NCBI GenBank assembly: GCA_964057225.1 | Contig: OZ059898.1 | Location: 5,022,001 to 5,086,000, forward strand | DNA length: 64,000 nucleotides | Reading direction: 5' to 3' | Origin: Auanema rhodensis | Taxonomy: Eukaryota > Animalia > Nematoda | In this document: positions 1 to 13,100 of the stretch, one piece after another | Numbering within the stretch: position 1 is the stretch's first letter | Layout of the letters: the number at the start of each line of letters is the position of its first letter | Position numbers and translations under genes: made by a program | The notes under the pieces: generated by a model | Database searches by the model: none | Seen by the model: the letters and a program-made list of their open reading frames with translations, nothing else | Told to the model about the DNA's origin: nothing

Positions 1-909
1 AAATAATTTTCAATGAAAAAGAATAATTGAAAAATAGAAATAAAGATATGATCTCAATGATTTAAACGTTTTAGAAATAATGATTATCATTGGATTATTC
101 AAGTATTTATTCAAATTTGGAAAGAAGGATCGTAGTAAATTAGTTTTATGTTGATGAGGGATGATTGGGGGGGGGGGGGGTTCTGTACTAGAACTAGAGC
201 TATGATCACATAGAAAGAAGGAGTAGGAAACAGAGAGCTCTCTCTGTTTATGTTTCGAATAAACTTAAATCTACTCATATTGAAAGAAATCTTATTGAGA
301 AGGGATATTAGCTGAGAAATTAAAAGAGAGAAAGAGAGTGAAAGAGAAAGAGAGAGAGAAAGGGCAAGATAGTCTGGAAGAAGAAGCTCATGACACGATT
401 TCGCATCTGCTATGATTTTTATGAAGAAAAAAACCAACAAATTTCATAATAGTATAGTTGTAGAATCTTCGAATAATAATATTAAAGAATAATTTGTTAG
501 AAATTGATCGAAATTGTAAGACGATTGATGTATGAGAGTGAATTAAGCTAAAAAGATTTTATATTTCACCCTTCGTCTAGCTTACTCGTTCTTATTCTGT
601 TTCCTGAGCTTTTCTTTCTCTTCTTCAGTTTCTGCCTTATATGACACTCTTGTGTGTACCAGCAATTGCACAGACAGCAAGTCTCTGATTCGCGAATATG
701 CAGCAGGCTTCACGTGAAATCTGAGATGTGGAGACCGTCAGGCTATTTCAATGTGCTCAGCCGTTCCCACTCGTCGCTTTTTCCGTTGTCTTCTTTCCGT
801 TTCAATCTTCCCAGTTAGCAAAATTCAAATACATATATGTTCATGGAATAGAATAGAAGTTGCTTAACATATAAATAGTAAGTTTATTCAAAAATGAATA
901 AAGAAAGAT

Positions 910-912
<3 letters not shown>

Positions 913-943
<31 letters not shown>
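913..943. repeat. (GA)n microsatellite
   Basis: Uninterrupted AG dinucleotide run. Confidence 0.9.
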
Positions 944-948
<5 letters not shown>

Positions 949-2736
949 GAGAAAGAGAGTAACGTTGTTATAAGGAAAAAGATCAAAACGAAGATGAAAC
1001 ATAAGATATTATATGAATGGTTGAACTATTATCCAGAACTCAAACAACAACGTCATTGAGCATGTAATCTCAATATCTTCTCATAGATATCCATTTAATA
1101 CTGAAAATACAATTTAGAGAACAATATTTTTTAATTTATTTATTTTCTGATTAGTTTTTCATAAGATTTCCACATTTTTAAAACTTGAAAAGCTAAGATT
1201 TCATGTGCAAAATGAAGTTGCAAGTGCAATTATCCTATATTTCCGAACACCTGGTGGCATATACTAGATTGCGTGACAAGCTTGATCTCCAACAGTAATA
1301 AGAAGTTGACATGCCAAATCTAGAAATAGAAAAGAGAAATATGAAGAGAATTGTGAACAAAAAGAAAAAGAGAAAGAGAGAAAGTATTATAGAGAGATAG
1401 GATAGAGGGAAAAGACACAATTGTCTGGATGAAGAAGCTCTCTAGAGCAGAGCTTATTGAGTAATATTGAAGAATTTATTATCATAAATATAAATAATTC
1501 CATTTTTTTATTCAATTAATTCCTTTTTCTTGGTAAAAAAAATTTGTTTCGTTGTATACAATTTGATTTTTGTTGTTTATTTTAACAATTAATTCATTTT
1601 TTTCATTAAATTCACCTTATTTCAGTTTGATACTTTCGTAAATGCACTTTCCCAGGAAGATCAAATAGAAATGTCAACAGACATTTTGAAAAAAAAAGAT
1701 TTTGAGTTTTATTCAAATTTCTTTTGCAAAAGAAAAAATAATTTCGTTTTTCTTCAATTTTTTAGTTTTTCACAATTTTTATATTCAACTTAATTACTTT
1801 TAAACTTTATCTATCTATTATCTAACGATTCTTAAAATATTTATTTGTTAACTTTTAATTCGTTTTCAATTACTTTTCTTTCGTAAATTTCTTAAAATTA
1901 TTGTTTTTTAACAGTTGCTTCATCGACTTTTACGACAAAAATCTTATATCATCTCTTGTAAAATGTTTCCGATAACATACATGATTATATATATATATAT
2001 ATATATTATTGGTATCTTATATATTTTCCAGATTATCTATATCATTTTGTATTTTTTTTGTTTTTATTTATTATAATTATTTAGAATATTTATGTCTATA
2101 TTTGTATAATTAAGATTCGTTTTTCAATTTTATTTGAAAGTTTGTTTGAAGTTTTAATGATGTTACAACTTTTATTTCATTATTTGCTTTTAAAATAAAT
2201 ATCTATGAATGCATGTTTTAATTCTTAACTATTTCTATAATAAACAATACAAATCTTATATATTTCATTTGTATTTGAATGTATATATATATATACTCTT
2301 GTTACTATGGCAACTACAACTATATCAATCTACATACAGTATATTTTCAGAAAAAATTTTATTCACAGGGATAAGTAAGTAAAACACATTGTTATAGAAA
2401 ATTTCTTTATAAAATACTATGATCGAAAATTAGTATTAAAATATGTCCAAAAGCTAAATTTTAAAAAATCTGGCTTTCGTCAGCTGCCTTGCAGCACAAC
2501 ATCTTTGATTGAAAATTTTCACAAAGGTGGACTTCTGAAAGCAAGAAAACTATTGGTTTTAATCAGACAGAGAGCTGAAGAAAAATGAGCCACTTTCAGT
2601 AGATTACTGTAGAATATTTGTCATCAAAAAAATTTCCTATATTACTTACTATTTCTATAGTTAGGGAGAGAGAGAGAGAGGGAAAGAGATATAAAGAGAA
2701 GCATATATAGATATTTATAAATTTATAAAATTTTGT

Positions 2737-5700
2737 TTATTGAGTCCTTATTGGCATAAGTAGAGAATCACGGAATTCATTTTCCAATCTGCCCATATCA
2801 TCTTCATGACTAAAATATATAAATAAATAAATAAAATTATAATAATTACCGTCTATATCCGCCGGAACGGTTTACTTCATCCCAATCAGCGTAGCTTCTT
2901 GATTTACTTACAGGTCGATAGTGATCACGTTCACGTTCACGTTCACGTTCAGATCTAAGTAGAAGAAATTAGTTTGAAAAAAGAAAATTAAAATTAGAAA
3001 AAGACAGAAATAAAAATTAGTTATAAAGATATAATAAGCATGATTAAAAGCAAATAATCAATATCTAAACCTATCATTCATACAACTTTCACTCTATTTT
3101 TACTAATTTATATAAAATAAATATATAAATTAAAAAATGAATAAAGAAAATATAAAAAAAAGGAAAAAAGAATCTCTCATACGATATAAAATTAAAAAAA
3201 AAAAGAATTTATTTCTTTATAGTTATAGATATAGAAGTATGTATATTTATATATTTGACTTAGAATATAAAACAATACGTATATCTATTTGTAATAAAAA
3301 TATATAAAAAAACATTAAAAATTTGAAAAATGTCTGTTAATAACATTGTATTTAATTCCAATTTCATGAAAAAATTATATGAGAAATGACAGATGAAATC
3401 ACAATTACGCGGATAGACTCATGATGTATGGATGACGATGTGAATGAAGAAGAATAAAAGATTCTAATACCTTCGTGGCAGAGTTGGAGGGAACTCTATG
3501 AATGGCGATTGTTGGCTTCCACGACGGTGTGATGATAGGGATCTTCTATCATATCCATCACCGTTAAATACATCTCGAGTTGAATAACTCTTATGCATAC
3601 TACGATGTCCATTAACGTTCTCACGAACCTTTAAGAATTTAATGTTAAATATATGATATAGTAAATAAATATTTATAAAATTTATTATATTATACTTACA
3701 TCTCCATTTGGAACATATTTAAGTTCACCACGACGAAGAGAATCGGATAAACTTCCATATCGAGCATGTGCAATTCCACGACCGAATTGATCATCTTCGT
3801 ATCGCTTTAAATAAATATTTTATTATATGTTTTTATTAATTTATAACATACTCCTCCTGCATTATCATAATCACGTCTTGTGGTTACATGACGAGTATAC
3901 TGTTCATGAGATGATGGAACGTATCCATTACCACCTCTTGAAAGTGAGCTACTACGAGCACCTAAATCATAATAATTTTAAAAAATAATATAAAAGTTTG
4001 AGAAGCTTGTATAGGTTTGATTCAAAGCTGAAGCTAAATTAAACATAAATTATTATAAATTTAATGAATTAAATGAATAGATTTTATATTTTTGATATAA
4101 TTTATAAACATAAATATAGATATAATATCTATTCATTTAATTTTATATTAAAATTAATAATATAATTATGTTAGCGATATACATTGATGTGTTAGAAAAT
4201 CTATGCAGGACAGTGCATATGTGAAGGCTAGCTGATGTGGTTTAGGAAGGCGATCTGAGCAGCATAGGCTTCATACGTACGATGATTTTGACGGCGAACT
4301 TCATCTGCAGCTTCATAGGCTTCACGAACAACTTTGTCGATCTCGTCCTGAGTCATGGCACGGTTTGAATACTCGTAAACTTGGTGTGGACGTGGTAACG
4401 AGGCCACACGTCGCTCTACAAAGACGAAACACCACAATCATCACAAACATAATTTCAGAATATAAAAATTACGTGAACTTTCACGTAATTTCGTGAAACA
4501 CACGCGAATATGAAAATCAAAAGTGCAAACCGAGGACAACCGAACAACCCACAGAATGTAAACTCGTAATAATTCCCATACAAAGAAGTAATTTCCCATT
4601 AGATATTATATGGTTTTTTTTTCAAAATTATAATATACCTGTATAGTAACCACCATTTTCTCCCCAAGCACTAGAATGATGACGTGAGGATGAATGATGA
4701 CGACTACGATGATCACGACGTTCCTATAACATTTTTAAATTAGTTGGAACTATATGATATCATGTTATACCTTGCGACGAACACGACGCTCAATTTCTTC
4801 AGTTCGTCGTGTTTCCTCAATTCGTTGAACAGTCTCAGTTACAGTTGGCTAGAATAGAAAAGAATATTCAAATATCTCAGATGGTATATACCTTAGCAAC
4901 AACATTGCTTTGGCTTCTCTGATACTTGCTATGTTCCATAACTTGATTATGGTTTGAAGGGTACATCATCTGCTCACGTGATTCAAGTTCACGACGCTTC
5001 ATGATGCTTCTTGGCTTATCATCCTATAAGGATGTCATCAAAACATTATAATGACTATGTTTCATTTAGACTTATTAATAAAATAATAAACAAAACTATT
5101 TTTTTTCTTCAAAAATTCAAAAAATATTTTAAATGAAAAACGTGCACCAAAATTCTTTGAATTAACTTTCAAAACTTAATTATCATCTCGATTGAACGCC
5201 AATTCAAAGAACTTTGTCAATGGAAAAATTAAACTAAAGCTAGGCTAGAAAAAAAAAGTTAAATATAAGCTGAAGCTGGTTCTTTAAGCTGTAGATTGAA
5301 CCTTGATTTGTAATAGCGTTGGCATTGAAACACTCCTCATCTCATCATGCTCCTCGCTCAGAAGATTTTTGATTTGTGTTGAACGTTTCTTCTTCTTGCT
5401 CTGAACTTTAACTTCTTGATCAGTTTGTGATGAATCAGCTACAGAAGCTAGATCTGCTGGCATGTACGGCCATAAATTTTTCTGAAAGCCAATAGCTGGA
5501 CGTTACGAGGTTAGAAAAGCGGAAAAAAAGGAAAAAAAGAAAGAAAGCTATGCTAAATATATGAAAAAGCTTAGTATTTTATTATAAATTATATAATATT
5601 AAAACTAATAAAACCCAAATAAAACTTAAAAACCCAAAATTTTGTTTAATAAACTTAAAATAATCAAACGATATATACTATAACCAGAACTAATATTGTA

Positions 5701-7065
5701 GATTAAGGGAGGAGGGATCTAAGGGGATAAGGGAATATGCATCAACTCAATTCCTACCTTTAAGATATCTTCTCCAGCACCATTAACGGAAACTACCGAT
5801 CGTGGGGAGAAATTTTGAGTGGCAAACTGCCAAGTAGCTGTAGATACATCCTGAAAATGGTTAAACTTGTATCAGAACAAAGCTGCTAGAAGGTTGACCA
5901 AGTTAGATTAGATATAACAGAACCATTATCCCAACAAAACTTTGTTTTTTTAAAATTATTAAATAAACCCATAGCACTACCAAAATATAGTAAAACTTTT
6001 TTAATTTCATATGCTTTAAAGTTTCTGATAACGCAGAGGCAAAAAGCTGAAAGAGCAATAGCATTAATGAAATCTTTTCTTCCTTATCGTTTGTTTTATT
6101 AATTTTAGAAAAAGATTTGTAGAAGAAAAGCTTGCAAGCTGAGCATACAGCTTGAATAGTAAGAATCACAGCAACCATGTTAGTTTAAAGAATTTTCTAG
6201 TTGATTGTTGTAATCAGTGCAGATGATATGGAATTTTTGGATATGTGAAGACTATACGCTACCGTTGCATATCCCGAACGATCCTGAGCTGTTGTTGTCG
6301 TATCCACAGAATTACGTGATTCTAGCAATTCACGTGAGTATTCCTTAAATATGAAGCATATAGATTAGATTTGCATTTCAAACATATTAGTTCCAATATA
6401 ATTTCAAAATAAAATAATCTATTCTATCCGGATAAAAAACTAGTGGAAGCACACACATGTCAGCATGTCGTCCAGGCAATGCTTCAAGCTTAAAAGCATA
6501 AGCATACTCTTACCTTGTAGGCAGCAGGCACAGGTTCAGGATTTTTTTTAATAATCTCAGAGTCAATAAGCTTGTAATTTGCACGTCTTTCACGTGATCG
6601 TTCCAGAAGTTCATCAGCTTGACGTCCAAGTCGATCCAACTCTTCTGTCTGGACAAAGCGAAAGAAAAAGCTGATTAGATTAATAACACTCAGAATTTGA
6701 AGTTAGTTTGTATTGGAATTTGAACTATAGGAATAGTTTACTAAGCTCTAAAGTATTGGAATAATAATCTTGGTTGTGGGTGGAAAATAATACTAAATAG
6801 CTCTGTAATAAAGCATGAATAAGTTTTGTTCAAGCAAAACATTTGGTTAAATAAAATGAAAGGCTTTTAAAGCTTGGAGAAAGGTTTAGCTAAAATTGGA
6901 ATACAAATTCCGATATAATCATTTCATATGTTGTATAAAATATAAATACAAGATCTCACCTTAGGTGGTTGTTGAGCAGCCTGAAATATTCTTCAATGAG
7001 ATAAAATAAATTAAACATTTATATAACATATATTATACAGACAGACACACACATACACACACACA

Positions 7066-7101
<36 letters not shown>

Positions 7102-10100
7102 GTTTTATTAATTTTTTTACTTTTTGAAAACAAACAAAATATAATTTAAAGCCTCTGACCCCTCTAAAAATTTGATTAAAGCTGAAATGAATATAAAAAA
7201 TTTTGATATATAATGTATATAACTTCACCTGTGATGTCGATATAAAAGCAGAAGCCAATAGCTATCTATATATAATTAGTATAAGTAAACAGCAGATTAG
7301 ATGAAAGGGAATAGGTAAAAGGGAAATATACAGTATAATGATAAAGATAGAGATATTAAAGAAGGATAAAAGGAGAAAAAACATGCGAAAGAAAGGAAAA
7401 ATACACCAAAATTATATTTCATTTTGATAAAAAATTGATTTTCTTCAATTATATCTTATTAAAATAGATTACATAATTAAAAAAAACATTTATAAAGAAT
7501 ATAATAACTATATGTAATGTTATAGAAATAATATTATTTATGAAAAAAAGAACACTATAAAGCGAAATTTTGTTTTCTTAAAACAGAATACGTAAACTAT
7601 TATATGCACATAGTATAAAATTTACTGAAATTCTCTCTTGAGGCATTTTATAAAACAACTATTATTATAATGTATAAGTAAACTAATAGAATATCAAAAA
7701 AAATGTTTTCGAATTTCATGATTGTACGGAGAAAACACAACATTTCGCTTTTAGGAGTAAACAAAAAGATTTTGTATTTTGAAGATATGTGAATATTATA
7801 ACTAGATATTTATGAATATATTCTTAAAGAAAACGTGGATTTGGGCTGAGCAAGCGCGGATCGCGAACACTGAAAATGTTAAAACTTAAGCTTTAAGCTG
7901 TGATATGCCTTGGTAGTACTATGACAATGCCGTACAAAATAACATGGTATTATGTCTGAAGCAACCAAGAAACACACTTACCTTTGCGTGCGCGATGGTG
8001 CTCGAGATGTCTGCGGTGTTACGTGCAGATTTTGAGTTGATTGAGCACGCTGAGCAGCTTCTGCTACTGTTCGAATCATGCGCTTGGTATTGCCCTGCTG
8101 AGGAGAGATAGCTCTCATATCTGCTGGCGGATCGGCAAGCTATAAGTAGCCAAGCTGAGAAAACTTTCAAAAAGCATGAAAAGGCTCCGAATCAGTTGAA
8201 AATAATGAGCTTAAGCGTTAATTAAAAATTGAAACTTACGCGGTATCCAGATGGCAGAGCTGGAGGAACGTAGGCGCGTGCCCGCTCATACGAAAGCGGA
8301 GTAGGAGACGGAGCAGTTGCTCGGGCTATGTGAGTCCGTGCACGCTGCGCATTTGGCGTGTCACCGCGTGGAGTCGGTGACAATGCCAACGTCGAAGCAG
8401 CTCGTGATTGAGACAACGAATGGCGAGATTGGCGCGATGAAGAGTGCTCCTGACGCGAATGTTGGCGTGAGCCTGAGCCCATACCAGTGGGTGTATCTAA
8501 GCGGGTCGATGCTACAGAATTTCGCCGAGAAATCTAAAAAAGCTTGAAGCATACTAGAACAGCAACCGCTGATGCGTTGAGAGCATGAAATGTGACCGAT
8601 CATGTATCAAGCTTACCTGTTGTCTAGACATATTATGTTCTGGACGATGTTGATGATGATGATGATGCTGTTGTGGATGGCTCTGATGATGATGCTGCTG
8701 GTGATGAAGCTGATGTTGACTGTGGCTTCGTCTCGACTGTGGCACTGGCAACGTCTGATCGTAATCCGGCGGAGGATACGGCACCGTGTGCGACTGCAAA
8801 CGAGCCAGGAAATGGAAGAAGCGTCAAGAGGGAGCATAAGGTTGAATAACAGCTCAATTTAGGGAAATATCAATTTGCCAGCAAACAAAAGGAAAAGCAA
8901 ACAAAAGCACATATACTGATATGCTAACAGCTTTACATATTTTGCATGAAACAGCTTTTGGTTTGAAAATAACAAGCGCAACAAAAGTTGAAAGAGCTTC
9001 TAGCGCAAAGTATAAGCAAGCAACGACATCAAAAGTTTCACAAAAAAAGTTTTTAAAGAAATATCATTTGTTTCACTTTCTCTGTTGGATGACCATCAAA
9101 ATATATTTCTAAACTCACGCTATCGACACTGTTAGCACGAGCTACAGATTGGCGTCCAGATTGGATGGCACCTTCAAACTGATTTAGACGACGTCGTACA
9201 TCAACATGCCGTGGCATTTCCTTTTCAACCAAAGTTGATGAATGTGGAGGTAATTCATATATCTTTTCCCAATCATTCAAATCTATTTATAATATATAAG
9301 TTAATTTGGTTATGATTATTAAACATACGTCGTAAGTCTGTTTGACTATGATGTTCACGTTTTAAACGATGATCAGTACTAACTGATCGTTCTGGATGCT
9401 GATAATCAGGTACTGAAAAGAATATTAATTTATATATTTCATATTAATATATTAATTATTTACATGGATCAATACGATGATAATTTCGTTGATGAATAAC
9501 TTCAACATCTTCATGTGATTGATTTACATTAATAGGAGATGCTAAGCCTTGAACGGATTGTGCACGACGTTTCACAACCTATAAACGCATAATAAGTTTT
9601 ATATCATTATTGTTAGTATTGCTAGTGTTTATGCAAATTATTATTTTGAAAAAATACCTTAATTGCATTAGGAGCATGTGGGAAAAATCCGCCGCTTGGT
9701 GTTTGACGCTCTTTCCGAAAAGCTGGCTTAGGCCTATGACTACCGTCAGCACTTGGCTGAAATTATTTGAAATTAATATATTGTATACTTAATATAATAT
9801 ATTCATACTTGTATAACATATTTGGTTTGACGTTTTGCTGGTTCATCTAATGGGCCAGTTCCACCGCCTCGTCGTGGAGACATTGGGGGACTACTGGTGG
9901 GCGTGAAGTTTTTACGTTCATGCCTGAAGCCAGGATCATTGATAACTGGAGCCCATTTGTATTCTCCATCATCCATATCGGCTCCGACAGGTATTCCAGG
10001 TCCAAAGTCAACTGGCTCCATCATCGCGCCAGGTTCCACACTTATGGGACGTCGTAACGTTGGCCACACATATGGTTTATCCGGAGGAGGCTGCCAGCGT

Positions 10101-13100
10101 TTTCCAGTTCGATGAATTTCCGGAGTATGCTCAGGTTTTTCGACAAAAGCTTCTCGACGCTGAATTTAAGAAAATAGTCAAGTTATATGAATTTAATAAT
10201 ATTACCTTTAATAAATCTACATCATATTGTTCTTTCTCTAATATCTCTTCTGAGGTTAAAATTTCATTTTTAGCTACATCGTTATGCTTCTCTACTACAT
10301 ATGTTCGCTTCCAAGTTGTGGCTGGAGTGGGTGATGTCATTTGTGGATCTATCATGTCCGACATGCTACTAATTGGACGAGTTTCAAACACACGCACATT
10401 GTGTGGTCCGGGTGGCCCAGGATCCTAAAAATATTTTATTCTATTCTGTATTTTGATAAAGCTTTACCGTATAGCCTTGTTGTGGAACAGGCTGAGGTGG
10501 AGGGGTAGGTGAATAGAGCTGTTGATGCGGTTGTTGTGACATTGGACCATTAATCGTATGCTGCATCTGATTTGCCGGTGAAGCTGGATAGTCGGATTGA
10601 TCCATCATCGGCACAGGAGATGTTACTCCGTGCTGTTGCTCATATAACCGTTGTTGTTGAATTTGCATTGCCATGATCTGCTTTTGCATGGAGATCATTC
10701 GTTCTTCCTCACGGCGTCTCATCGCTTCACGTTCCATTGCTTTCTGGCGACGAAGCTCATCAATACGTTCGGGATCAGCCATGTTGCGAGCCATAACCGA
10801 CTGTGACCGTGGTCGATGAGAATTTTCAGCGATTGGTGGCCAGACAACAACAGAGGGTCCTCGTTCATCCTTAAATAGAATGTTTAATAAATCAATTATC
10901 TATTATGTGTAATACTTACCTGACGTGGATAGTGTCTGTCAAGTTCAATCTCAGAAGCACTCATTTGCTTCATCTGATGCAGTTGAGATGAAGCAGATTG
11001 ATGCTGTTGTACTTCATGATGATCGTATTCGTAGCGCGCTTGATGAGGTGATTGATGAGAGCCTTGATGGGAGCCATGATGAGGAGCAGACTGAGAATGG
11101 GGATCAACTTCCTCAATACGGAAGAAAGGTCCGTTGAATGATGCTACAGGCTGTTTTCCAGATGCACTGTGTGGTTTCTGCTGACGATGTTTTTGAAGAT
11201 TTTCTTGCATTATACGGTAACGCTCTTCTTCAGGGAGGTTCTATAATTCAATTTTAGGTATAAGGTATGAATAGAGATTGGTGAAGTTCAAACCTGGAAC
11301 GATGTGCTATGCGGACGCATTGCTTCTTGGCTACTTGCTGACGATGGAGCAGGTAACTGTGGAGGAGGTGGTGCAGGTACGGATGATGTATGTGCTTGGC
11401 TACGAAGATTACCGTTCGTATGTGATGATTGTTGATGATACTCTTCACGGTATTCGGATCTATGTTGTGCAAACTGTTGATGATGTTGATTACTATAAGA
11501 AATTTTGTAATAAATATAACATATAGTTAATATTCAAACCTGCTATACTCGTATTGTTGATGTTGTTGTTGTTTAAGAATGGATCGTGGTTGTTGACCTG
11601 GAGGCGGACTCATCAATCGTTCAGGATAGTCTTCTTCAGGATCACGTACAACCTAGAATGATAATAAGATTAATTATGAGCATATTTAATTATATAAAAT
11701 TTAAATTATACGTTATTTATAAAAAATATAAATTTTTTTTTAATTATAAATGAATATTAAAACAAGGAAGTAATAATATTATAATGTTATATATGTTAGA
11801 GTTGAAAGCATGCTTAGGTTATACTATACTAACCTGGTAACGTTCAGATGCTTTTACGTTCACACTAACAGATGAAGGTTGAATCGGATGATTTTCGTAT
11901 ACGATGCGTTCCGAAGGGCGATCAGATGGCTTGTGCTCACTAGCTATGTTATCCGTGCTACCAGGCGGATAAAGAAGCTGTAAATGTAAGTTCTAGAAGT
12001 TTGTTATTGAAAGAAACATTTTTTGTTGTTTAATTGAAATATTATGAAGAAAGCTTGAGAGATATAGCGAAAGGTAAAAGAGAAGTTACATAGCGTTCAT
12101 AGAGAAAACTTTTAAAATTACATTAGAATAGTCTATATTTCTAATATTAATTATAATAAAAATAGTTCATAGAACATATAGACTAGCATCTCTTTCGAAA
12201 AAGCAAAACTCTATTACTTCAAGAACAAAGGTAAAGGAAATGGTAGGTGGTCACGAAAACTTGGATTAACGCTATCGATTGGGAACGCTCAATGATCAAG
12301 AGTTATGTCAAGTTTCAGAGAAGAAAGAGAAACAATAATTTTAAGAAAAGTAGAAAATAGTAAAAAGGTAAGAGTGAATAAGATGAAGCTGAAGCAATAC
12401 TTTGGTAATTTTGATGAAAAAATAATAATTGACAAACTATTGAAATGAAAAACAAACCTGTGATCGTGAACGTTGCTTCTGAAGATTTGTTGAATGAGAT
12501 GGCGGTGGTGGAAGTGGTGATGTATTTGTTGATGGATGATTCTGATATTGTGAATCAACGTCTTCAGGTATGGGTGGAGGAGGAGGTGGTAGAGGTGGAT
12601 CGTGTCGTGGACGGCTCAGCGACGATGTGGATGGTGAAGGCTGTATATCTTGGGACCAACTGGCTCGACGTTCCTAAATAGTTTCCATAATATGAAGATT
12701 ATAAAGAAAAGATAAATCTATTTGTTTATATCTTTAACTACATATATTTTATTTATCTTTATGAATTAATCTTTGATACTTATAATGAATAGTTCTATCA
12801 AGATCAAATGAATTCTATCCTCACTAAGACTCGAGCACCGGTGGTGTATGGACAAGTCAATGAGACAAGTTGAAAGACTATGATCACAAGAAATCACGCA
12901 TGTTATCTAGCAAAAACTGAAGCAAACAGCTTCTCTTGATCTAGTTCAAGATGCACGTCGTGTAGCTACACAAATCTTAATTTCAAAATCTTTTTTTCTC
13001 TTTTGTATTACTACGTTGATGAATGCTTGTGATGCAAAGTCAATATAATACAAAGTCTTCATCTCAATAATAACAAAGAAAAAATGATTTTTTGTTTTTA

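Noticed and set aside
560-835. GC-richer island with a weak hairpin at ~681-727 (possible miRNA or exon)
   Set aside because: Stem is short and bulged, and no consistent reading frame or splice partner was found
7228-7261. Possible 33-nt microexon (LLASAFISTSQ)
   Set aside because: Weak acceptor and donor; cannot be supported without reads
8317-12681. Plus-strand ORFs rich in M/L/V (e.g. 8602-8862, 11278-11526, 12445-12681)
   Set aside because: Antisense shadows of H/Q/P-rich pat-12 exons
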